From NCBI GenBank assembly GCA_964527715.1, contig CAZGOD010000002.1, forward strand, positions 1,736-65,735: a stretch of 64,000 nt of DNA, given 5' to 3'. Of the stretch, positions 18,364 to 26,968 are shown piece by piece; the first letter of the stretch is position 1; the number at the start of each line of letters is the position of its first letter. The notes under the pieces are model-generated. The model had not been told where the DNA came from, did no database searches, and saw nothing but the letters and a program-made list of their open reading frames with translations. The position numbers and the translations under genes were made by a program. Source of the DNA: an uncultured Thermoplasmatales archaeon (GTDB taxonomy: Archaea; Thermoplasmatota; E2; DHVEG-1).

Positions 18364-19053
18364 TTATTCATCTAACTCACATATCCAGTTATTTCTCTTT
18401 CTAAACTTAGTAACACCAGATTCTATGTTTTTTTGATATTTATTAGGTATCTTCCAATCTTTTCCATAGAGGAAACGAACGTGTTTTTCTGCGTTTTTTG
18501 GAATTCTAACTGTCATATCATAAAAATTCACTAATTTCGTCTCAGTCTTTGGAAATATTAAAGTCCTTTTTAAAGAAAAAAAACCTGCAATATCTTCCAG
18601 AGTATTATCTATTATGCTTATATTTATTCTAGATTGGAATAAACGTATGGTTTTAGCTATTATGTTAATTCTAAATGTTTCTTTACGAGCGGGTTTTCCT
18701 CTCACTAAAACAAATTCGTATATATCTACATGAAACGAGGAGTTTGATATAGTAGGAGCTTTGATTTGAATTAGTTGTGTATTATATTTTGAGTTTTCCC
18801 ACCTCAGCTCTACTTCTAGTTTCATTTTTTTAAACTTAGGTAGGAGTTTCTTAACTTTTTCAAAATCAATCACGACAAGATCTATATCATGGTCCCAAGG
18901 TATTATTCTTTTTTCTCTCAGATAACCGAGCAGAGTGCCATATTCTATCCAGTAATCTATTCTGTTTTCCTCTAGTACTGTTTTAATTTTTTTAAGAAAT
19001 TCCACCTTTTTGTGTTCTTCGATATTATCTTCGTTGTCTTTTATACTTCCCAC
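18364..19053 (-). CDS. LicD/fukutin-family phosphotransferase
   Basis: YGTLLGYLRE..IIPWDHDID, VDIY, LYGKDWKIP. Confidence 0.85.
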   Translation of the reverse strand: MGSIKDNEDNIEEHKKVEFLKKIKTVLEENRIDYWIEYGTLLGYLREKRIIPWDHDIDLVVIDFEKVKKLLPKFKKMKLEVELRWENSKYNTQLIQIKAPTISNSSFHVDIYEFVLVRGKPARKETFRINIIAKTIRLFQSRINISIIDNTLEDIAGFFSLKRTLIFPKTETKLVNFYDMTVRIPKNAEKHVRFLYGKDWKIPNKYQKNIESGVTKFRKRNNWICELDE

Positions 19054-19781
19054 TATTTAACTCCTGATATTATAGCAAAGAGCCAATCCATATAAATGTC
19101 ACCATTAAAAATCTTCATATTATAAACTTTTTTGATATATTCAGGACTATCTAAATGCATGTCGTAAATTTTTCTGCATGTCTTTTTACTTAATCCTGAG
19201 TTATCCAGCCAATTATTTATACTTACATTAGGCATTTTATGAATAATAAATTCAATGTTTTTAAAAACACCGTCTTCCAGTAGCTCTATCAGATCATCAA
19301 TGGTATATGTTCTTCGTTTTTCTTTCAATTTAAATACGGCGGTATAGAATTTTCTTGCTCCGGGTGGTGGTATACCTTCCGAAATGACAAATTTACCATT
19401 TGGTTTTAAAATATCATGACAATTTTTTATTGCCGCTTGTTGATCGTTTATATGATGAAAACACATCCTTGCGGTAACACAGTTAAACATATTTGAATTA
19501 AAATCCATACTTTCTGCGTTCATAATTTTATAATCTATGTTTTCGGAATTATGTTTCTGTCTTGCAACATTTAACATGTCTTCTGATATGTCTATTGCTT
19601 TTATTTCCTTACAATACTTTGAAACAGCATTTGCGATAGTGCCTGTTCCTGTACCAATATCGCATACATAGTAACTTGATTTCAAATCACACATCTTGAG
19701 AAATTTTCCCATATATTCTTGTCTGCTAGTCCAATCAAGTTTGTCGTATATTTTTGACCGAGATTCCCATTCATCATGCAT
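19053..19781 (-). CDS. Class I SAM-dependent methyltransferase
   Basis: VCDIGTGTG, AIDISEDML, FHHI...LKPNGKFVI. Confidence 0.85.
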   Translation of the reverse strand: MHDEWESRSKIYDKLDWTSRQEYMGKFLKMCDLKSSYYVCDIGTGTGTIANAVSKYCKEIKAIDISEDMLNVARQKHNSENIDYKIMNAESMDFNSNMFNCVTARMCFHHINDQQAAIKNCHDILKPNGKFVISEGIPPPGARKFYTAVFKLKEKRRTYTIDDLIELLEDGVFKNIEFIIHKMPNVSINNWLDNSGLSKKTCRKIYDMHLDSPEYIKKVYNMKIFNGDIYMDWLFAIISGVK

Positions 19782-19871
19782 GCTAGTTCTCTACCTATAA
19801 TTTTGTTTAAACATATGACTTCTTTCGACCGAATCTCATCATCAATACTTAAGATTTATTATCGTTGGTAG

Positions 19872-20066
19872 GTACTGTCGACTAAAGGATTTTTATCCCA
19901 TCCTATTAATAGCAAGTTTGGTGAACAATCTAGGAGATAGGACACGATCAGAATTGCAAGGAAGTTATTAAAAGAAAAACATATCGTTATACGGGGGGGA
20001 CATCCGTTGAAACCACATCCTATACTATGTTTCTCTATCTCGGTAGACTACCACCGGAAGATGTAA
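19872..20066 (+). pseudogene. Possible decayed C-terminal fragment of a PLP aminotransferase
   Basis: Manual translation ...KGFLSHPINSKFGEQSR*DTIRIARKLLKEKHIVIRGG...FSISVD resembles class I/II aminotransferase C-termini; internal stop, no start. Confidence 0.2.
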
Positions 20067-20199
20067 AAACACACTTTTTCAATAATAGAAAGAAAACGGA
20101 TGAGGTAAATTTTTATTCGCAATTAATTTCCAAATACCATGGACAAAGTTTTTAAAAGGGTTACAATACTGTGTATAATCAAAGTCGAGGTAGATATTT

Positions 20200-21174
20200 A
20201 TGAATATACTTAAAGATAAAGTAATTCTATTGACTGGAGGGACAGGATCATTTGGTAATAAATTTACAGAGGTTGCTCTAAAAGAGCAAAATCCTAACGC
20301 TATAAGAATTTTTTCACGTGGGGAAAAGAAACAGCTAGATATGATGATTAGATTCAACGATGATAGATTACGGTTTTTTATTGGTGATGTAAGGGATAAA
20401 GATAGGCTCCATAGGGCAATGACTGGCGTTGATATTGTGATTCATGCTGCTGCTTTAAAGCAAGTTCCTGCATGTGAATATAATCCAATTGAAGCAGTAA
20501 GAACAAATGTAGATGGAGCTGTTAATGTTATTGATGCTGCCATAGACAATGGGATAGACCGAGTTATGGCCATTAGTACCGACAAGGCAGTTCATCCCGT
20601 GAATCTTTATGGAGCTACTAAGATGACGGCTGAAAAACTTTTTGTTCAAAGTAATTCCTATTCCGGCAAAAAAGATACAAAATTCAGTTGTGTTAGATAT
20701 GGAAACGTAATAGGGAGCAGAGGGAGCGTTATACCGCTTTTTTTACAGCAAAAAAAGAAGGGTGTATTAACTATTACTGACGAAAGAATGACCAGATTTT
20801 GGATAAGATTAGAAGAAGGGGTTAAATTTGTTATTAATTGTATTAACAAAATGAAGGGTGGTGAGGTTTTTATTCCTAAGATTGCCAGTATGAAAATTTT
20901 AGATCTTGCAGAGGCTATCGCACCCGATACAGAGAAAAAAGTCATTGGTATTAGACCGGGAGAAAAACTCCATGAAATTCTTTTAACTGAGGAGGAAGCT
21001 AAGCATAGTAAAGAACTTGATGATTATTTTGTTATAGAACCTGAGCATCCTTTTTGGAGCAGTAAAAATTTAAAGGAGGGAGAGCCTCTACCTGAGGATT
21101 TTCGTTACACAAGTGAAACGAATGATAGATGGTTTTCTAGAGAGGAGTTAACGAAAGTAATTAAGGAATTATAA
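20200..21174 (+). CDS. pseB: UDP-N-acetylglucosamine 4,6-dehydratase (inverting)
   Basis: TGGTGSFG, HAAALKQVPACEYNP, STDKAVHPVNLYGATK, RYGNVIGSRGSV, TDERMTRFW, GIRPGEKLHE. Confidence 0.92.
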   Translation: MNILKDKVILLTGGTGSFGNKFTEVALKEQNPNAIRIFSRGEKKQLDMMIRFNDDRLRFFIGDVRDKDRLHRAMTGVDIVIHAAALKQVPACEYNPIEAVRTNVDGAVNVIDAAIDNGIDRVMAISTDKAVHPVNLYGATKMTAEKLFVQSNSYSGKKDTKFSCVRYGNVIGSRGSVIPLFLQQKKKGVLTITDERMTRFWIRLEEGVKFVINCINKMKGGEVFIPKIASMKILDLAEAIAPDTEKKVIGIRPGEKLHEILLTEEEAKHSKELDDYFVIEPEHPFWSSKNLKEGEPLPEDFRYTSETNDRWFSREELTKVIKEL

Positions 21175-21217
21175 ATGTGTACAACTTTGGCTATTAAGAG
21201 TAGAAAATCAACTAGAA

Positions 21218-21367
21218 AAAATATTACCTTACGGGCAACATTGGGTGGAAGAGAATAATATACAAGCATTGTGTGATGTTCTTAAATCTAACTAGATTAG
21301 TCAGGATCCAAAAATAAAAGTAAATCCAGAAATCATAGCTGAGGAAGTAAGTAATAAGTTAAAGTAA
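21218..21367 (+). pseudogene. Remnant of a pseC-like aminotransferase 5' end
   Basis: Translates to KILPYGQHWVEENNIQALCDVLKSN*ISQDPKI, ungapped with 12/33 identities to the intact PseC N-terminus KNIPYGHQYIDDEDIKEVTNVLQSDWITQGSKI; TAG sits at the conserved Trp. Confidence 0.75.
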
Positions 21368-21398
21368 TATTCCTGAAAATAGGGAGGATTAGAATATT

Positions 21399-22313
21399 AT
21401 GGAACGAGAGGATTTGAAAGGAGTAATAACTATAATGCCAACTGCCTTCAAAAAGGATGGAGAATTTGATGAGGAAAACTATCGCAAAAATATCGATAAA
21501 ATTTGTAGAACGGGCGTAAAAGGTATAATGACTATGGGAACTACAGGAGAGTTTAGCAATATCTCCTACAAAGAATACGAAAAAATTGTTGATGTGCTGA
21601 TGGATGAAACGTCAGGGAGAATAAAAGTTATTGTAGGTGCTTCTGATGTAAACATAAGTGAAGCTATAAAGAGAACAAACTATGCAGAAAAAAAGGGTGC
21701 TGATGCTGTAATAAATGTGGTTCCCTTTTATCAACCCCTTACACAAAATGAAATCGTAAAATATTTCATGAGATTATCAAGTAAATGTAAAGATATCTCG
21801 ATTCTTGCATACAATAATCATATTACTACAAAGGTCTTGATTTCACCAGATACTTATAAAAAATTATCTAAGATTAAAAATTTCATTGGAAGTAAAGAGA
21901 TAACTACAGATGTTTTTTATTACATGAACATTAGGAGAGCTGCACCAGATCTAGGATTATTACCGGTGGAAGGTTTAATTGTTCCTGCAGCTATGTTAGG
22001 ATGTGAAGGTTTTTTTTCAAGTATAATATTTATGAATCCAGAATTTCAGGATAAAGTGTATGAAGCTTGCAAAAATAAAAAATGGGATAAAGCAATTAGT
22101 ATGCAATATAAAATAGTTGATTTTTTAAGAGATATAGTTGTTCCATTAAGGGAGAAATATAGCGAAATCTCTTTAGCTAAAGCGTTGGTTAATGCTAGTG
22201 GTTTCCTATATGTAGGCCCCCCAAGATTACCATACATACCTGTTACACCTGATGACCAGAAAAAATTACGACATGATTTAGAAAAAATATGCCCATATTT
22301 GATTTACAAATAA
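21399..22313 (+). CDS. DapA/NanA-family class I aldolase
   Basis: MGTTGE substrate motif, LAYN, IGSKE (Schiff-base Lys), GPPRLP. Confidence 0.85.
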   Translation: MEREDLKGVITIMPTAFKKDGEFDEENYRKNIDKICRTGVKGIMTMGTTGEFSNISYKEYEKIVDVLMDETSGRIKVIVGASDVNISEAIKRTNYAEKKGADAVINVVPFYQPLTQNEIVKYFMRLSSKCKDISILAYNNHITTKVLISPDTYKKLSKIKNFIGSKEITTDVFYYMNIRRAAPDLGLLPVEGLIVPAAMLGCEGFFSSIIFMNPEFQDKVYEACKNKKWDKAISMQYKIVDFLRDIVVPLREKYSEISLAKALVNASGFLYVGPPRLPYIPVTPDDQKKLRHDLEKICPYLIYK

Positions 22314-22351
22314 GACTAAATGATTGATGAAAACAAGAATGGAGGAATAAT

Positions 22352-23392
22352 ATGAAAGCTGTTAAAATTGGAGATAAACTGGTTGGTGATGGTCACCCTT
22401 GTTTCATATCAGTTGAACCAGGAGCTACGCATACGGGACTGGAAAGCGCAAAAAAACTGGCTAAAGCCGCAAAAGAAGCAGGCGCAGATGCAGTAAAATT
22501 TCAAACAATGTTAACTGAAGAATTAATGTCACGAGAAGCGCATAAACTAATGATTGAATTTGAAACTAAAGAAGGAAAGAAAAAAGAAAGTATTTACGAT
22601 GCATTAAAAAGAAGAGAATTAACTTTTGATGACTGGAGAGATCTAAAGAAATATTGCGACAAACTTGGCATATTATTTATATCTGCCCCAAGTGGCCCCT
22701 CAACAGTAGACTTGCTTGCAGATATAAATGCTGCAGCAATAAAAGTTTCAAAATCTGATGTTAATAACAGATACTTAATAAGACAAATTGCAAAAAAACA
22801 TCTACCAGTTATTGTAGATGCAAGAGAAAAATTTCAGGATGTAGAAAATGCCATTAGAATATGCGAAGGAGAGGGCAATGATGATGTTATAATAATGCAT
22901 TGTCCATCAGGCTACCCTGCTGAATTTGCGGGTATCCATCTACAAGTTATTCCAGTTATCAAAGGTATTTTTGGAAGGCCAGTGGCATACTCAGACCACT
23001 CTGTTGGAGATTATATGAACTACGCAGCTTTAGGTCTAGGTACAAACATGTTAGAGAAAACAATATCTCTAGACAAATACACTAATGCTGTAGAACATTA
23101 CATGTCATTAGAGCCCGAGGAAGTAAAAGAATTCACAAGAAGAGTAAGAGAAGTTGAAAAAGCATTTGGTAACCCCCGAGTGATTTTTAACTCCAGAGTG
23201 AAAGACGCGAATCGTAGAAGCATAATGGCAAAAAAGAAGATACCTAGAGGTAAAAAAATCGAGATCGATGATCTTACATTTAAACGACCAGGAACCTATA
23301 TTTCCGTGGAGAGATATGAAGAAATAATTGGAAAAAAAGCAACACGCAATATAGAAACTGACGAATTTCTATCTGAACATGATTTTGAATAA
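22352..23392 (+). CDS. Divergent NeuB-family nonulosonate synthase-like protein with SAF domain
   Basis: GADAVKFQT, HCPSGYP, SDH, C-terminal RRSI..KRPG SAF domain; several active-site motifs altered. Confidence 0.8.
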   Translation: MKAVKIGDKLVGDGHPCFISVEPGATHTGLESAKKLAKAAKEAGADAVKFQTMLTEELMSREAHKLMIEFETKEGKKKESIYDALKRRELTFDDWRDLKKYCDKLGILFISAPSGPSTVDLLADINAAAIKVSKSDVNNRYLIRQIAKKHLPVIVDAREKFQDVENAIRICEGEGNDDVIIMHCPSGYPAEFAGIHLQVIPVIKGIFGRPVAYSDHSVGDYMNYAALGLGTNMLEKTISLDKYTNAVEHYMSLEPEEVKEFTRRVREVEKAFGNPRVIFNSRVKDANRRSIMAKKKIPRGKKIEIDDLTFKRPGTYISVERYEEIIGKKATRNIETDEFLSEHDFE

Positions 23393-24341
23393 ATCCTATC
23401 TGGAAAATATTCTCTGCGATCATTACTTAAAAAATGATCAAAACATATTATCAATTAATCCTGGGGAGGGGCACAGTATTAATTCAAAAAATTTTAGAAT
23501 TTTATTAAAAACGGGTGAAAGTTTTTATCTTAAAGTGGTAGATGAATTTAATGCGGACACAAAAACAAAGATTAGGATCATAAATGAATGTTATCATGAT
23601 AATATAAAAGTTCCTGAGATTATAAAAAATAAACAAGGTGAAATAACAACGATCAAGGAAAACAAATTATTTCTTTTGATGAAATATTGTGAAGGGAGAA
23701 GATACAGCTTTAAATTAAAAGAAATACATTCTGCTGCAGAGAACCTTGCTGTTTTAAATGAAGAATTAGGTAAGATAGATACAATCCTAAAAAGGAAAGA
23801 TTTTTATGATGATTTAAGCGGAGGAGATTTGGAGAAAATTAAAAATAAAATAGATAAAAAAGAGTCTTTTAATAAAAAAGTCCACATCCTATGTGAAAAA
23901 CTGCCTCGATTGTATCACAGAATAAATGATATAATTCAACCTTATGAAAATAAAAAACAATTGGTTCATCTTGATTACCATACGCGAAATGTTCTTTTTA
24001 AAAATGATCAAGTTTTGGTTATCTTGGACTTCGACTCAATATTAACATCCTTGGAATTACAATCGGTTGCTTTTGCTTGTGATAGATTCTCAAAAGATAT
24101 CACTGGTTTTATTACATTTATCAAAGGCTATCAGTCACATGGTAGAAATTTTACATCAGATGAACTAAAAATTTTACCTTACTTCGCTGAAAAAGAAGCA
24201 GTTTGTAGAATTAACTATATTTTAAGAAGACATTTTTTCTTTAATGATACAACCTGGAGTTTTGAATTAGATAAACACCTAAAAATTTTAAAAAGAATGC
24301 AGTATGTGGAAAATGAATTAAAGAATATAATTTTACGGTGA
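23379..24341 (+). CDS. APH/choline kinase/homoserine kinase type II-like phosphotransferase
   Basis: HLDYHTRNVLF (HxDxxxxN) and ILDFD motifs. Confidence 0.8.
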   Translation: MILNKSYLENILCDHYLKNDQNILSINPGEGHSINSKNFRILLKTGESFYLKVVDEFNADTKTKIRIINECYHDNIKVPEIIKNKQGEITTIKENKLFLLMKYCEGRRYSFKLKEIHSAAENLAVLNEELGKIDTILKRKDFYDDLSGGDLEKIKNKIDKKESFNKKVHILCEKLPRLYHRINDIIQPYENKKQLVHLDYHTRNVLFKNDQVLVILDFDSILTSLELQSVAFACDRFSKDITGFITFIKGYQSHGRNFTSDELKILPYFAEKEAVCRINYILRRHFFFNDTTWSFELDKHLKILKRMQYVENELKNIILR

Positions 24342-24345
24342 AAAG

Positions 24346-25023
24346 ATGAATTCTGGATATATAAAAAAACAAAATTTAAATTTTCTTATAGACAATACAA
24401 ATAATATCTTAAAATGGGCCTTCAAAAAGTATCCTGGAAAAATATTTGGTACAACAGCTTTTGGTGCAAATGGGATAGTTCTCTTAGATCTAGTTAATAA
24501 AATTGACAAAAAAGTTCCTTTTTATTTTATCAACACTGGCTATCATTTCCGTGAAACTCTAGATGTCTTAGAACACTATAAAAAAAATGGTTTTAATATA
24601 ATTGGAGTTACTTCAAATGTTGATGATTCAAATCATTTACTTGTAGATATGGGCCCAGATGTTTGCTGTAGTATAAATAAGGTTGAACCAATGCGTAAAA
24701 TTCTTCAGGAAAATAAGGGTAATCTGTGGATTGCTGCAGTTAGCCGGGGTCAATCGTCAACCAGAAGGAATTTTAGATTCCTTGAACCACAGGATAATAA
24801 TATTATTAAAATTTGTCCGATGTTGGTTTGGAAAGAAGATGAAATATGGAGTTACATAAACGAAAATAAGCTAGTTTATAACAAACTTTATGATAAAGGT
24901 TATAAAAGTATCGGCTGTGAGCCTTGTACAACAAAAGTCGAAGATGGGGAAGATAGTCGCGCGGGGAGATGGAGAGGTTCGAATAAAGAAGAATGCGGAT
25001 TACAGACAGAATTTGGTAAATAA
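24346..25023 (+). CDS. cysH: APS/PAPS reductase (4Fe-4S APS-reductase type)
   Basis: TAFG, NTGYHFRET, CC..NKVEP, GYKSIGCEPCT, RAGRW, ECGL. Confidence 0.85.
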   Translation: MNSGYIKKQNLNFLIDNTNNILKWAFKKYPGKIFGTTAFGANGIVLLDLVNKIDKKVPFYFINTGYHFRETLDVLEHYKKNGFNIIGVTSNVDDSNHLLVDMGPDVCCSINKVEPMRKILQENKGNLWIAAVSRGQSSTRRNFRFLEPQDNNIIKICPMLVWKEDEIWSYINENKLVYNKLYDKGYKSIGCEPCTTKVEDGEDSRAGRWRGSNKEECGLQTEFGK

Positions 25024-25071
25024 AATAATAAGAGTTCATTTGGCATAAATGATTTTTGAGATGAAAAAGAT

Positions 25072-26214
25072 ATGAAAAACATACCATATGGACATCAATA
25101 TATCGATGATGAAGATATAAAAGAAGTAACAAACGTTTTGCAATCTGATTGGATCACTCAAGGAAGTAAAATCGAAGAATTTGAAAAAGCTATATCAAAA
25201 TTTACTGGAGCAAAATACACTATAGCTGTTTCAAGTGGAACTGCTGCTTTACATCTAGCTGCAATAGCTGCAGATATAAAAAATAAAGATGAAGTAATTA
25301 CTTCTCCTATAACTTTTGTTGCATCTGCCAACTGTGTTTTGTACTGTGGCGGAAAACCAGTATTTGCTGATATTGAAAACAAAATTCCAAATATAGACCC
25401 AAATCAGATTAGTAAAAAAATTACAAAAAAAACAAAGGCAATAATCCCTGTTGATTACTCAGGTCACCCCTGCGATTTAAAAGAGATTTATGAAATAGCT
25501 GAAAATAAAAATCTTACTGTAATAGAAGATGCATCACATGCTCTTGGTGCAGAATACAAAGGAACGAAAATTGGCTCCTGTCAATATTCAGATATAGGAG
25601 TCTTTAGTTTTCATCCAGTGAAACATATTACAACCGGTGAAGGTGGAGCAATACTAACAAACGATGAGGAATTATATGAAAAACTAACGATGTTAAGGGC
25701 TCATGGCATAACCAAGGAAAAAAACAAATTAGAAAAAAATGATGGACCTTGGTATTATGAACAACAGTTGCTAGGCTACAATTACCGGATTACCGATTTT
25801 CAATGTGCTCTTGGAATTTCACAACTAAAAAAACTTTACAAATTTATTAAAAAAAGAAGAGAAATAGTTGATATCTATAATAAAGAACTAAAGAACTTAG
25901 ATTCGATAGAGTTACCTTTTGAGAAAGAATATGTAAAATCTTCATGGCATCTCTACTATATACAAATTAAAAACCATAACAAAAGAAGAGATATCTTTGA
26001 AAAATTAAGAAAAAATAATATCAGATGTCAGGTACACTACATGCCCGTTTATTTACAACCATATTATCAAAAAATAGGATATTCTAAAGATCTGTGCCCA
26101 AGAGCTGAAGAATTCTATAAAAAAGTGATAAGTATACCAATATATCCAACGATGAAGGCTAGTGAAATAGAATATGTTATAAAAACTTTAAAGAAAGTTT
26201 CAAATGATTATTAA
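25072..26214 (+). CDS. pseC: UDP-4-amino-4,6-dideoxy-L-altrosamine transaminase (DegT/DnrJ family)
   Basis: IPYGHQ, VSSGTAALH, EDASHALGA, FSFHPVKHITTGEGG, GYNYRITDFQCALG. Confidence 0.9.
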   Translation: MKNIPYGHQYIDDEDIKEVTNVLQSDWITQGSKIEEFEKAISKFTGAKYTIAVSSGTAALHLAAIAADIKNKDEVITSPITFVASANCVLYCGGKPVFADIENKIPNIDPNQISKKITKKTKAIIPVDYSGHPCDLKEIYEIAENKNLTVIEDASHALGAEYKGTKIGSCQYSDIGVFSFHPVKHITTGEGGAILTNDEELYEKLTMLRAHGITKEKNKLEKNDGPWYYEQQLLGYNYRITDFQCALGISQLKKLYKFIKKRREIVDIYNKELKNLDSIELPFEKEYVKSSWHLYYIQIKNHNKRRDIFEKLRKNNIRCQVHYMPVYLQPYYQKIGYSKDLCPRAEEFYKKVISIPIYPTMKASEIEYVIKTLKKVSNDY

Positions 26215-26254
26215 GGATGGATATAATTTATATGAAATTTCGTGGTGATCTTTT

Positions 26255-26959
26255 ATGAGAATAATAAAAGATCCTCTTTGTATAATTCCAGCGAGAGGGG
26301 GATCAAAAAGATTAGAAAGGAAAAATATTACAATATTGGCAGGTAGACCATTATTATTCTACTCTATCGATTCAGCAGTTAAAAGTGAGATTTTTGATAA
26401 AATATGTGTCTCTTCTGAAGACAATGAAATTTTAGAAACAGCAAGGAAATATGCGAAAAACAATAAAATTTTAGTATTAAAAAGACCTGCTGAACTGTCA
26501 GCAGATAACATACAAGTTAAACATGTATGTAAATACCTTTTAGAATACTTCTTTAATAAGGGGATAAAATATACAAGTTTTGGAGTAATTCTTCCAACTA
26601 GTCCTCTAAGAAACCAAGGAGATATTAAAGAAGCATATAAGATATTTAAAGGAAAAAATGCTGAATGTGTTATGAGCATTGTTCCATTTTCTCATCCCCC
26701 TCAAAGAGCAGTTTGGGTAAAAAACAGATATGTTGAACCTTACTTTGGTTTAAAACATATGAAGCAGACTCAAGAACTTGATAAGCTTTATAGACACGAC
26801 GGGGCAATTATTTTTTGTAAAAGTGATTCATTTTTGAAAAATGATGGATTTTACACAAACAAAATTTTGCCGTATTTCATTCCAAAAGAGAGAACAGTAG
26901 ATATAGATTCGCCTTTAGATTTGAAATGGGCTGAGTTTCTATTATCTAAACAAAAATAA
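26255..26959 (+). CDS. pseF: Acylneuraminate/pseudaminic acid cytidylyltransferase
   Basis: IPARGGSKRLERKNI, PTSPLR, DIDSPLD; located in the pse cluster. Confidence 0.85.
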   Translation: MRIIKDPLCIIPARGGSKRLERKNITILAGRPLLFYSIDSAVKSEIFDKICVSSEDNEILETARKYAKNNKILVLKRPAELSADNIQVKHVCKYLLEYFFNKGIKYTSFGVILPTSPLRNQGDIKEAYKIFKGKNAECVMSIVPFSHPPQRAVWVKNRYVEPYFGLKHMKQTQELDKLYRHDGAIIFCKSDSFLKNDGFYTNKILPYFIPKERTVDIDSPLDLKWAEFLLSKQK

Positions 26960-26968
26960 GGTGATAAC

